This document shows positions 13,501 to 28,500 of a stretch of DNA of 64,000 nucleotides, piece by piece. The notes beneath the pieces are model-generated. The model made no database searches and was not told where the DNA came from. It worked only from the letters and a program-made list of their open reading frames with translations. The stretch's first letter is position 1; each line of letters opens with the position of its first letter. The translations under genes were made by a program, and so were the position numbers. This DNA comes from Auanema rhodensis (lineage: Eukaryota; Animalia; Nematoda): positions 3,534,001 through 3,598,000 of the forward strand of contig OZ059895.1 of NCBI GenBank assembly GCA_964057225.1, read 5' to 3'.

Positions 13501-16500
13501 TAAAACATGCCCTTCAAAGCATCAGAACATGTGATCACATTCCAATTTTTTTGTATCTATCTTGTAAAGATAGTAATAAACTTTGATTTTTGTACACCCA
13601 TAAATTATACGCAGCACAGGTTACCCTTAAATAATGAACTGACCGACTAATCAGACATGGATCTTTCCAAGTTCTGTTGCTTGAACGGATGTTTTCCTAC
13701 GTAGGCTAGTAAAACATGCCCTTCAAAGCATCAGAACATGTGATCAGATTCCAATTTTTTTGTATCTATCTTGTAAAGATAGTAATATATCATATGTTGA
13801 ACACTATGTTGGAAAGATTTTAATTCAGATTTTTTCAACTTTCACTCAGTTTGTTTTCTAAACTTTGATTAAGAACCTTGTTGTTTGTACACCCATAAAA
13901 TATACGCAGCACAGGTTACCCTTAAATAATGAACTGACCGTCTAATCAGACATGGATCTTACCAAGTTCTGTTGCTTGAATGGATGTTTTCCTACGTAGG
14001 CTAGTAAAACATGCCCTTCAAAGCATCAGAACATGTGATCACATTCCAATTTTTTTGTATCTATCTTGTAAAGATAGTAATATATCATATGTTGAACACT
14101 ATGTTGGAAAGATTTTAATTCAGATTTTCTAACTTTTATTCAGTTTGTTTTTTAAACTTTGATTAAGAACTTTGATTTTTGTACACCCATAAATTATACG
14201 CAGCACAGGTTACCCTTAAATAATGAACTGACCGACTAATCAGACATGGATCTTTCCTAGTTCTGTTGCTTGAATGGATGTTTTCCTACGTAAGCTAGTA
14301 AAACATGCCCTTCAAAGCATCAGAACATGTGATCACATTCCAATTTTTTTGTATCTATCTTGTAAAGATAGTAATATATCATATGTTGAACACTATGTTG
14401 GAAAGATTTTAATTCAGATTTTTTCAACTTTCACTCAGTTTGTTTTCTAAACTTTGATTAAGAACCTTGTTGTTTGTACACCCATAAAATATACGCAGCA
14501 CAGGTTACCCTTAAATAATGAACTGACCGTCTAATCAGACATGGATCTTCCCAAGTTCTGTTGCTTGAATGGATGTTTTCCTACGTAGGCTAGTAAAACA
14601 TGCCCTTCAAAGCATCAGAACATGTGATCACATTCCAATTTTTTTGTATCTATCTTGTAAAGATAGTAATAAACTTTGATTTTTGTACACTTATAAATTA
14701 TACGCAGCACAGGTTACCCTTAAATAATGAACTGACCGACTAATCAGACATGGATCTTTCCAAGTTCTGTTGCTTGAACGGATGTTTTCCTACGTAGGCT
14801 AGTAAAACATGCCCTTCAAAGCATCAGAACATGTGATCACATTCCAATTTTTTTGTATCTATCTTGTAAAGATAGTAATATATCATATGTTGAACACTAT
14901 GTTGGAAAGATTTTAATTCAGATTTTTTCAACTTTCACTCAGTTTGTTTTCTAAACTTTGATTAAGAACCTTGTTGTTTGTACACCCATAAAATATACGC
15001 AGCACAGGTTACCCTTAAATAATGAACTGACCGTCTAATCAGACATGGATCTTCCCAAGTTCTGTTGCTTGAATGGATGTTTTCCTACGTAGGCTAGTAA
15101 AACATGCCCTTCAAAGCATCAGAACATGTGATCACATTCCAATTTTTTTGTATCTATCTTGTAAAGATAGTAATAAACTTTGATTTTTGTACACCCATAA
15201 ATTATACGCAGCACAGGTTACCCTTAAATAATGAACTGACCGACTAATCAGACATGGATCTTTCCAAGTTCTGTTGCTTGAACGGATGTTTTCCTACGTA
15301 GGCTAGTAAAACATGCCCTTCAAAGCATCAGAACATGTGACCACATTCCAATTTTTTTGTATCTATCTTGTAAAGATAGTAATATATCATATGTTGAACA
15401 CTATGTTGGAAAGATTTTAATTCAGATTTTTTCAACTTTCACTCAGTTTGTTTTCTAAACTTTGATTAAGAACCTTGTTGTTTGTACACCCATAAAATAT
15501 ACGCAGCACAGGTTACCCTTAAATAATGAACTGACCGACTAATCAGACATGGATCTTTCCTAGTTCTGTTGCTTGAATGGATGTTTTCCTACGTAGGCTA
15601 GTAAAACATGCCCTTCAAAGCATCAGAACATGTGATCACATTCCAATTTTTTTGTATCTATCTTGTAAAGATAGTAATATATCATATGTTGAACACTATG
15701 TTGGAAAGATTTTAATTCAGATTTTTTCAACTTTCACTCAGTTTGTTTTCTAAACTTTGATTAAGAACCTTGAGTTTTGTACACCCATAAATTATACGCA
15801 GCACAGGTTACCCTTAAATAATGAACTGACCGTCTAATCAGACATGGATCTTACCAAGTTCTGTTGCTTGAATGGATGTTTTCCTACGTAGGCTAGTAAA
15901 ACATGCCCTTCAAAGCATCAGAACATGTGATCACATTCCAATTTTTTTGTATCTATCTTGTAAAGATAGTAATATATCATATGTTGAACACTATGTTGGA
16001 AAGATTTTAATTCAGATTTTCTAACTTTTATTCAGTTTGTTTTTTAAACTTTGATTAAGAACTTTGATTTTTGTACACCCATAAATTATACGCAGCACAG
16101 GTTACCCTTAAATAATGAACTGACCGACTAATCAGACATGGATCTTTCCTAGTTCTGTTGCTTGAATGGATGTTTTCCTACGTAGGCTAGTAAAACATGC
16201 CCTTCAAAGCATCAGAACATGTGATCACATTCCAATTTTTTTGTATCTATCTTGTAAAGATAGTAATATATCATATGTTGAACACTATGTTGGAAAGATT
16301 TTAATTCAGATTTTTTCAACTTTCACTCAGTTTGTTTTCTAAACTTTGATTAAGAACCTTGTTGTTTGTACACCCATAAAATATACGCAGCACAGGTTAC
16401 CCTTAAATAATGAACTGACCGTCTAATCAGACATGGATCTTCCCAAGTTCTGTTGCTTGAATGGATGTTTTCCTACGTAAGCTAGTAAAACATGCCCTTC

Positions 16501-19500
16501 AAAGCATCAGAACATGTGATCACATTCCAATTTTTTTGTATCTATCTTGTAAAGATAGTAATATATCATATGTTGAACACTATGTTGGAAAGATTTTAAT
16601 TCAGATTTTTTCAACTTTCACTCAGTTTGTTTTCTAAACTTTGATTAAGAACCTTGTTGTTTGTACACCCATAAAATATACGCAGCACAGGTTACCCTTA
16701 AATAATGAACTGACCGTCTAATCAGACATGGATCTTCCCAAGTTCTGTTGCTTGAATGGATGTTTTCCTACGTAGGCTAGTAAAACATGCCCTTCAAAGC
16801 ATCAGAACATGTGATCACATTCCAATTTTTTTGTATCTATCTTGTAAAGATAGTAATAAACTTTGATTTTTGTACACTTATAAATTATACGCAGCACAGG
16901 TTACCCTTAAATAATGAACTGACCGACTAATCAGACATGGATCTTTCCAAGTTCTGTTGCTTGAACGGATGTTTTCCTACGTAGGCTAGTAAAACATGCC
17001 CTTCAAAGCATCAGAACATGTGATCACATTCCAATTTTTTTGTATCTATCTTGTAAAGATAGTAATATATCATATGTTGAACACTATGTTGGAAAGATTT
17101 TAATTCAGATTTTTTCAACTTTCACTCAGTTTGTTTTCTAAACTTTGATTAAGAACCTTGTTGTTTGTACACCCATAAAATATACGCAGCACAGGTTACC
17201 CTTAAATAATGAACTGACCGTCTAATCAGACATGGATCTTCCCAAGTTCTGTTGCTTGAATGGATGTTTTCCTACGTAGGCTAGTAAAACATGCCCTTCA
17301 AAGCATCAGAACATGTGATCACATTCCAATTTTTTTGTATCTATCTTGTAAAGATAGTAATAAACTTTGATTTTTGTACACCCATAAATTATACGCAGCA
17401 CAGGTTACCCTTAAATAATGAACTGACCGACTAATCAGACATGGATCTTTCCAAGTTCTGTTGCTTGAACGGATGTTTTCCTACGTAGGCTAGTAAAACA
17501 TGCCCTTCAAAGCATCAGAACATGTGACCACATTCCAATTTTTTTGTATCTATCTTGTAAAGATAGTAATATATCATATGTTGAACACTATGTTGGAAAG
17601 ATTTTAATTCAGATTTTTTCAACTTTCACTCAGTTTGTTTTCTAAACTTTGATTAAGAACCTTGTTGTTTGTACACCCATAAAATATACGCAGCACAGGT
17701 TACCCTTAAATAATGAACTGACCGACTAATCAGACATGGATCTTTCCTAGTTCTGTTGCTTGAATGGATGTTTTCCTACGTAGGCTAGTAAAACATGCCC
17801 TTCAAAGCATCAGAACATGTGATCACATTCCAATTTTTTTGTATCTATCTTGTAAAGATAGTAATATATCATATGTTGAACACTATGTTGGAAAGATTTT
17901 AATTCAGATTTTTTCAACTTTCACTCAGTTTGTTTTCTAAACTTTGATTAAGAACCTTGAGTTTTGTACACCCATAAATTATACGCAGCACAGGTTACCC
18001 TTAAATAATGAACTGACCGTCTAATCAGACATGGATCTTACCAAGTTCTGTTGCTTGAATGGATGTTTTCCTACGTAGGCTAGTAAAACATGCCCTTCAA
18101 AGCATCAGAACATGTGATCACATTCCAATTTTTTTGTATCTATCTTGTAAAGATAGTAATAAACTTTGATTTTTGTACACTTATAAATTATACGCAGCAC
18201 AGGTTACCCTTAAATAATGAACTGACCGACTAATCAGACATGGATCTTTCCAAGTTCTGTTGCTTGAACGGATGTTTTCCTACGTAGGCTAGTAAAACAT
18301 GCCCTTCAAAGCATCAGAACATGTGATCACATTCCAATTTTTTTGTATCTATCTTGTAAAGATAGTAATATATCATATGTTGAACACTATGTTGGAAAGA
18401 TTTTAATTCAGATTTTTTCAACTTTCACTCAGTTTGTTTTCTAAACTTTGATTAAGAACCTTGTTGTTTGTACACCCATAAAATATACGCAGCACAGGTT
18501 ACCCTTAAATAATGAACTGACCGTCTAATCAGACATGGATCTTCCCAAGTTCTGTTGCTTGAATGGATGTTTTCCTACGTAGGCTAGTAAAACATGCCCT
18601 TCAAAGCATCAGAACATGTGATCACATTCCAATTTTTTTGTATCTATCTTGTAAAGATAGTAATAAACTTTGATTTTTGTACACCCATAAATTATACGCA
18701 GCACAGGTTACCCTTAAATAATGAACTGACCGACTAATCAGACATGGATCTTTCCAAGTTCTGTTGCTTGAACGGATGTTTTCCTACGTAGGCTAGTAAA
18801 ACATGCCCTTCAAAGCATCAGAACATGTGACCACATTCCAATTTTTTTGTATCTATCTTGTAAAGATAGTAATATATCATATGTTGAACACTATGTTGGA
18901 AAGATTTTAATTCAGATTTTTTCAACTTTCACTCAGTTTGTTTTCTAAACTTTGATTAAGAACCTTGTTGTTTGTACACCCATAAAATATACGCAGCACA
19001 GGTTACCCTTAAATAATGAACTGACCGACTAATCAGACATGGATCTTTCCTAGTTCTGTTGCTTGAATGGATGTTTTCCTACGTAGGCTAGTAAAACATG
19101 CCCTTCAAAGCATCAGAACATGTGATCACATTCCAATTTTTTTGTATCTATCTTGTAAAGATAGTAATATATCATATGTTGAACACTATGTTGGAAAGAT
19201 TTTAATTCAGATTTTTTCAACTTTCACTCAGTTTGTTTTCTAAACTTTGATTAAGAACCTTGAGTTTTGTACACCCATAAATTATACGCAGCACAGGTTA
19301 CCCTTAAATAATGAACTGACCGTCTAATCAGACATGGATCTTACCAAGTTCTGTTGCTTGAATGGATGTTTTCCTACGTAGGCTAGTAAAACATGCCCTT
19401 CAAAGCATCAGAACATGTGATCACATTCCAATTTTTTTGTATCTATCTTGTAAAGATAGTAATATATCATATGTTGAACACTATGTTGGAAAGATTTTAA

Positions 19501-22500
19501 TTCAGATTTTCTAACTTTTATTCAGTTTGTTTTTTAAACTTTGATTAAGAACTTTGATTTTTGTACACCCATAAATTATACGCAGCACAGGTTACCCTTA
19601 AATAATGAACTGACCGACTAATCAGACATGGATCTTTCCTAGTTCTGTTGCTTGAATGGATGTTTTCCTACGTAGGCTAGTAAAACATGCCCTTCAAAGC
19701 ATCAGAACATGTGATCACATTCCAATTTTTTTGTATCTATCTTGTAAAGATAGTAATATATCATATGTTGAACACTATGTTGGAAAGATTTTAATTCAGA
19801 TTTTTTCAACTTTCACTCAGTTTGTTTTCTAAACTTTGATTAAGAACCTTGTTGTTTGTACACCCATAAAATATACGCAGCACAGGTTACCCTTAAATAA
19901 TGAACTGACCGTCTAATCAGACATGGATCTTCCCAAGTTCTGTTGCTTGAATGGATGTTTTCCTACGTAAGCTAGTAAAACATGCCCTTCAAAGCATCAG
20001 AACATGTGATCACATTCCAATTTTTTTGTATCTATCTTGTAAAGATAGTAATATATCATATGTTGAACACTATGTTGGAAAGATTTTAATTCAGATTTTT
20101 TCAACTTTCACTCAGTTTGTTTTCTAAACTTTGATTAAGAACCTTGTTGTTTGTACACCCATAAAATATACGCAGCACAGGTTACCCTTAAATAATGAAC
20201 TGACCGTCTAATCAGACATGGATCTTCCCAAGTTCTGTTGCTTGAATGGATGTTTTCCTACGTAGGCTAGTAAAACATGCCCTTCAAAGCATCAGAACAT
20301 GTGATCACATTCCAATTTTTTTGTATCTATCTTGTAAAGATAGTAATAAACTTTGATTTTTGTACACTTATAAATTATACGCAGCACAGGTTACCCTTAA
20401 ATAATGAACTGACCGACTAATCAGACATGGATCTTTCCAAGTTCTGTTGCTTGAACGGATGTTTTCCTACGTAGGCTAGTAAAACATGCCCTTCAAAGCA
20501 TCAGAACATGTGATCACATTCCAATTTTTTTGTATCTATCTTGTAAAGATAGTAATATATCATATGTTGAACACTATGTTGGAAAGATTTTAATTCAGAT
20601 TTTTTCAACTTTCACTCAGTTTGTTTTCTAAACTTTGATTAAGAACCTTGTTGTTTGTACACCCATAAAATATACGCAGCACAGGTTACCCTTAAATAAT
20701 GAACTGACCGTCTAATCAGACATGGATCTTCCCAAGTTCTGTTGCTTGAATGGATGTTTTCCTACGTAGGCTAGTAAAACATGCCCTTCAAAGCATCAGA
20801 ACATGTGATCACATTCCAATTTTTTTGTATCTATCTTGTAAAGATAGTAATAAACTTTGATTTTTGTACACCCATAAATTATACGCAGCACAGGTTACCC
20901 TTAAATAATGAACTGACCGACTAATCAGACATGGATCTTTCCAAGTTCTGTTGCTTGAACGGATGTTTTCCTACGTAGGCTAGTAAAACATGCCCTTCAA
21001 AGCATCAGAACATGTGACCACATTCCAATTTTTTTGTATCTATCTTGTAAAGATAGTAATATATCATATGTTGAACACTATGTTGGAAAGATTTTAATTC
21101 AGATTTTTTCAACTTTCACTCAGTTTGTTTTCTAAACTTTGATTAAGAACCTTGTTGTTTGTACACCCATAAAATATACGCAGCACAGGTTACCCTTAAA
21201 TAATGAACTGACCGACTAATCAGACATGGATCTTTCCTAGTTCTGTTGCTTGAATGGATGTTTTCCTACGTAGGCTAGTAAAACATGCCCTTCAAAGCAT
21301 CAGAACATGTGATCACATTCCAATTTTTTTGTATCTATCTTGTAAAGATAGTAATATATCATATGTTGAACACTATGTTGGAAAGATTTTAATTCAGATT
21401 TTTTCAACTTTCACTCAGTTTGTTTTCTAAACTTTGATTAAGAACCTTGAGTTTTGTACACCCATAAATTATACGCAGCACAGGTTACCCTTAAATAATG
21501 AACTGACCGTCTAATCAGACATGGATCTTACCAAGTTCTGTTGCTTGAATGGATGTTTTCCTACGTAGGCTAGTAAAACATGCCCTTCAAAGCATCAGAA
21601 CATGTGATCACATTCCAATTTTTTTGTATCTATCTTGTAAAGATAGTAATATATCATATGTTGAACACTATGTTGGAAAGATTTTAATTCAGATTTTCTA
21701 ACTTTTATTCAGTTTGTTTTTTAAACTTTGATTAAGAACTTTGATTTTTGTACACCCATAAATTATACGCAGCACAGGTTACCCTTAAATAATGAACTGA
21801 CCGACTAATCAGACATGGATCTTTCCTAGTTCTGTTGCTTGAATGGATGTTTTCCTACGTAGGCTAGTAAAACATGCCCTTCAAAGCATCAGAACATGTG
21901 ATCACATTCCAATTTTTTTGTATCTATCTTGTAAAGATAGTAATATATCATATGTTGAACACTATGTTGGAAAGATTTTAATTCAGATTTTTTCAACTTT
22001 CACTCAGTTTGTTTTCTAAACTTTGATTAAGAACCTTGTTGTTTGTACACCCATAAAATATACGCAGCACAGGTTACCCTTAAATAATGAACTGACCGTC
22101 TAATCAGACATGGATCTTCCCAAGTTCTGTTGCTTGAATGGATGTTTTCCTACGTAGGCTAGTAAAACATGCCCTTCAAAGCATCAGAACATGTGATCAC
22201 ATTCCAATTTTTTTGTATCTATCTTGTAAAGATAGTAATATATCATATGTTGAACACTATGTTGGAAAGATTTTAATTCAGATTTTCGAACTTTTATTCA
22301 GTTTGTTTTTCAAACTTTGATTAAGAACTTTGATTTTTGTACACCCATAAATTATACGCAGCACAGGTTACCCTTAAATAATGAACTGACCGACTAATCA
22401 GACATGGATCTTTCCAAGTTCTGTTGCTTGAACGGATGTTTTCCTACGTAGGCTAGTAAAACATGCCCTTCAAAGCATCAGAACATGTGACCACATTCCA

Positions 22501-25500
22501 ATTTTTTTGTATCTATCTTGTAAAGATAGTAATATATCATATGTTGAACACTATGTTGGAAAGATTTTAATTCAGATTTTTTCAACTTTCACTCAGTTTG
22601 TTTTCTAAACTTTGATTAAGAACCTTGTTGTTTGTACACCCATAAAATATACGCAGCACAGGTTACCCTTAAATAATGAACTGACCGTCTAATCAGACAT
22701 GGATCTTCCCAAGTTCTGTTGCTTGAACGGATGTTTTCCTACGTAGGCTAGTAAAACATGCCCTTCAAAGCATCAGAACATGTGATCAGATTCCAATTTT
22801 TTTGTATCTATCTTGTAAAGATAGTAATATATCATATGTTGAACACTATGTTGGAAAGATTTTAATTCAGATTTTTTCAACTTTCACTCAGTTTGTTTTC
22901 TAAACTTTGATTAAGAACCTTGTTGTTTGTACACCCATAAAATATACGCAGCACAGGTTACCCTTAAATAATGAACTGACCGTCTAATCAGACATGGATC
23001 TTACCAAGTTCTGTTGCTTGAATGGATGTTTTCCTACGTAGGCTAGTAAAACATGCCCTTCAAAGCATCAGAACATGTGATCACATTCCAATTTTTTTGT
23101 ATCTATCTTGTAAAGATAGTAATATATCATATGTTGAACACTATGTTGGAAAGATTTTAATTCAGATTTTCTAACTTTTATTCAGTTTGTTTTTTAAACT
23201 TTGATTAAGAACTTTGATTTTTGTACACCCATAAATTATACGCAGCACAGGTTACCCTTAAATAATGAACTGACCGACTAATCAGACATGGATCTTTCCT
23301 AGTTCTGTTGCTTGAATGGATGTTTTCCTACGTAGGCTAGTAAAACATGCCCTTCAAAGCATCAGAACATGTGATCACATTCCAATTTTTTTGTATCTAT
23401 CTTGTAAAGATAGTAATATATCATATGTTGAACACTATGTTGGAAAGATTTTAATTCAGATTTTTTCAACTTTCACTCAGTTTGTTTTCTAAACTTTGAT
23501 TAAGAACCTTGTTGTTTGTACACCCATAAAATATACGCAGCACAGGTTACCCTTAAATAATGAACTGACCGTCTAATCAGACATGGATCTTCCCAAGTTC
23601 TGTTGCTTGAATGGATGTTTTCCTACGTAGGCTAGTAAAACATGCCCTTCAAAGCATCAGAACATGTGATCACATTCCAATTTTTTTGTATCTATCTTGT
23701 AAAGATAGTAATAAACTTTGATTTTTGTACACCCATAAATTATACGCAGCACAGGTTACCCTTAAATAATGAACTGACCGACTAATCAGACATGGATCTT
23801 TCCAAGTTCTGTTGCTTGAACGGATGTTTTCCTACGTAGGCTAGTAAAACATGCCCTTCAAAGCATCAGAACATGTGACCACATTCCAATTTTTTTGTAT
23901 CTATCTTGTAAAGATAGTAATATATCATATGTTGAACACTATGTTGGAAAGATTTTAATTCAGATTTTTTCAACTTTCACTCAGTTTGTTTTCTAAACTT
24001 TGATTAAGAACCTTGTTGTTTGTACACCCATAAAATATACGCAGCACAGGTTACCCTTAAATAATGAACTGACCGTCTAATCAGACATGGATCTTCCCAA
24101 GTTCTGTTGCTTGAACGGATGTTTTCCTACGTAGGCTAGTAAAACATGCCCTTCAAAGCATCAGAACATGTGATCAGATTCCAATTTTTTTGTATCTATC
24201 TTGTAAAGATAGTAATATATCATATGTTGAACACTATGTTGGAAAGATTTTAATTCAGATTTTTTCAACTTTCACTCAGTTTGTTTTCTAAACTTTGATT
24301 AAGAACCTTGTTGTTTGTACACCCATAAAATATACGCAGCACAGGTTACCCTTAAATAATGAACTGACCGTCTAATCAGACATGGATCTTACCAAGTTCT
24401 GTTGCTTGAATGGATGTTTTCCTACGTAGGCTAGTAAAACATGCCCTTCAAAGCATCAGAACATGTGATCACATTCCAATTTTTTTGTATCTATCTTGTA
24501 AAGATAGTAATATATCATATGTTGAACACTATGTTGGAAAGATTTTAATTCAGATTTTCTAACTTTTATTCAGTTTGTTTTTTAAACTTTGATTAAGAAC
24601 TTTGATTTTTGTACACCCATAAATTATACGCAGCACAGGTTACCCTTAAATAATGAACTGACCGACTAATCAGACATGGATCTTTCCTAGTTCTGTTGCT
24701 TGAATGGATGTTTTCCTACGTAGGCTAGTAAAACATGCCCTTCAAAGCATCAGAACATGTGATCACATTCCAATTTTTTTGTATCTATCTTGTAAAGATA
24801 GTAATAAACTTTGATTTTTGTACACCCATAAATTATACGCAGCACAGGTTACCCTTAAATAATGAACTGACCGACTAATCAGACATGGATCTTTCCAAGT
24901 TCTGTTGCTTGAACGGATGTTTTCCTACGTAGGCTAGTAAAACATGCCCTTCAAAGCATCAGAACATGTGACCACATTCCAATTTTTTTGTATCTATCTT
25001 GTAAAGATAGTAATATATCATATGTTGAACACTATGTTGGAAAGATTTTAATTCAGATTTTTTCAACTTTCACTCAGTTTGTTTTCTAAACTTTGATTAA
25101 GAACCTTGTTGTTTGTACACCCATAAAATATACGCAGCACAGGTTACCCTTAAATAATGAACTGACCGACTAATCAGACATGGATCTTTCCTAGTTCTGT
25201 TGCTTGAATGGATGTTTTCCTACGTAGGCTAGTAAAACATGCCCTTCAAAGCATCAGAACATGTGATCACATTCCAATTTTTTTGTATCTATCTTGTAAA
25301 GATAGTAATATATCATATGTTGAACACTATGTTGGAAAGATTTTAATTCAGATTTTTTCAACTTTCACTCAGTTTGTTTTCTAAACTTTGATTAAGAACC
25401 TTGAGTTTTGTACACCCATAAATTATACGCAGCACAGGTTACCCTTAAATAATGAACTGACCGTCTAATCAGACATGGATCTTACCAAGTTCTGTTGCTT

Positions 25501-28500
25501 GAACGGATGTTTTCCTACGTAGGCTAGTAAAACATGCCCTTCAAAGCATCAGAACATGTGATCACATTCCAATTTTTTTGTATCTATCTTGTAAAGATAG
25601 TAATATATCATATGTTGAACACTATGTTGGAAAGATTTTAATTCAGATTTTCTAACTTTTATTCAGTTTGTTTTTTAAACTTTGATTAAGAACTTTGATT
25701 TTTGTACACCCATAAATTATACGCAGCACAGGTTACCCTTAAATAATGAACTGACCGACTAATCAGACATGGATCTTTCCTAGTTCTGTTGCTTGAATGG
25801 ATGTTTTCCTACGTAGGCTAGTAAAACATGCCCTTCAAAGCATCAGAACATGTGATCACATTCCAATTTTTTTGTATCTATCTTGTAAAGATAGTAATAT
25901 ATCATATGTTGAACACTATGTTGGAAAGATTTTAATTCAGATTTTCTAACTTTTATTCAGTTTGTTTTTTAAACTTTGATTAAGAACTTTGATTTTTGTA
26001 CACCCATAAATTATACGCAGCACAGGTTACCCTTAAATAATGAACTGACCGACTAATCAGACATGGATCTTTCCTAGTTCTGTTGCTTGAATGGATGTTT
26101 TCCTACGTAGGCTAGTAAAACATGCCCTTCAAAGCATCAGAACATGTGATCACATTCCAATTTTTTTGTATCTATCTTGTAAAGATAGTAATAAACTTTG
26201 ATTTTTGTACACCCATAAATTATACGCAGCACAGGTTACCCTTAAATAATGAACTGACCGACTAATCAGACATGGATCTTTCCAAGTTCTGTTGCTTGAA
26301 CGGATGTTTTCCTACGTAGGCTAGTAAAACATGCCCTTCAAAGCATCAGAACATGTGACCACATTCCAATTTTTTTGTATCTATCTTGTAAAGATAGTAA
26401 TATATCATATGTTGAACACTATGTTGGAAAGATTTTAATTCAGATTTTTTCAACTTTCACTCAGTTTGTTTTCTAAACTTTGATTAAGAACCTTGTTGTT
26501 TGTACACCCATAAAATATACGCAGCACAGGTTACCCTTAAATAATGAACTGACCGACTAATCAGACATGGATCTTTCCTAGTTCTGTTGCTTGAATGGAT
26601 GTTTTCCTACGTAGGCTAGTAAAACATGCCCTTCAAAGCATCAGAACATGTGATCACATTCCAATTTTTTTGTATCTATCTTGTAAAGATAGTAATATAT
26701 CATATGTTGAACACTATGTTGGAAAGATTTTAATTCAGATTTTTTCAACTTTCACTCAGTTTGTTTTCTAAACTTTGATTAAGAACCTTGAGTTTTGTAC
26801 ACCCATAAATTATACGCAGCACAGGTTACCCTTAAATAATGAACTGACCGTCTAATCAGACATGGATCTTACCAAGTTCTGTTGCTTGAACGGATGTTTT
26901 CCTACGTAGGCTAGTAAAACATGCCCTTCAAAGCATCAGAACATGTGATCACATTCCAATTTTTTTGTATCTATCTTGTAAAGATAGTAATATATCATAT
27001 GTTGAACACTATGTTGGAAAGATTTTAATTCAGATTTTCTAACTTTTATTCAGTTTGTTTTTTAAACTTTGATTAAGAACTTTGATTTTTGTACACCCAT
27101 AAATTATACGCAGCACAGGTTACCCTTAAATAATGAACTGACCGACTAATCAGACATGGATCTTTCCTAGTTCTGTTGCTTGAATGGATGTTTTCCTACG
27201 TAGGCTAGTAAAACATGCCCTTCAAAGCATCAGAACATGTGATCACATTCCAATTTTTTTGTATCTATCTTGTAAAGATAGTAATATATCATATGTTGAA
27301 CACTATGTTGGAAAGATTTTAATTCAGATTTTTTCAACTTTCACTCAGTTTGTTTTCTAAACTTTGATTAAGAACCTTGAGTTTTGTACACCCATAAATT
27401 ATACGCAGCACAGGTTACCCTTAAATAATGAACTGACCGACTAATCAGACATGGATCTTTCCAAGTTCTGTTGCTTGAACGGATGTTTTCCTACGTAGGC
27501 TAGTAAAACATGCCCTTCAAAGCATCAGAACATGTGACCACATTCCAATTTTTTTGTATCTATCTTGTAAAGATAGTAATATATCATATGTTGAACACTA
27601 TGTTGGAAAGATTTTAATTCAGATTTTTTCAACTTTCACTCAGTTTGTTTTCTAAACTTTGATTAAGAACCTTGTTGTTTGTACACCCATAAAATATACG
27701 CAGCACAGGTTACCCTTAAATAATGAACTGACCGTCTAATCAGACATGGATCTTCCCAAGTTCTGTTGCTTGAATGGATGTTTTCCTACGTAGGCTAGTA
27801 AAACATGCCCTTCAAAGCATCAGAACATGTGATCACATTCCAATTTTTTTGTATCTATCTTGTAAAGATAGTAATATATCATATGTTGAACACTATGTTG
27901 GAAAGATTTTAATTCAGATTTTCTAACTTTTATTCAGTTTGTTTTTTAAACTTTGATTAAGAACTTTGATATTTGTACACCCATAAATTATACGCAGCAC
28001 AGGTTACCCTTAAATAATGAACTGACCGACTAATCAGACATGGATCTTTCCTAGTTCTGTTGCTTGAATGGATGTTTTCCTACGTAGGCTAGTAAAACAT
28101 GCCCTTCAAAGCATCAGAACATGTGATCACATTCCAATTTTTTTGTATCTATCTTGTAAAGATAGTAATAAACTTTGATTTTTGTACACCCATAAATTAT
28201 ACGCAGCACAGGTTACCCTTAAATAATGAACTGACCGACTAATCAGACATGGATCTTTCCTAGTTCTGTTGCTTGAATGGATGTTTTCCTACGTAGGCTA
28301 GTAAAACATGCCCTTCAAAGCATCAGAACATGTGATCACATTCCAATTTTTTTGTATCTATTTTGTAAAGATAGTAATATATCATATGTTGAACACTATG
28401 TTGGAAAGATTTTAATTCAGATTTTCTAACTTTTATTCAGTTTGTTTTTTAAACTTTGATTAAGAACTTTGATTTTTGTACACCCATAAATTATACGCAG

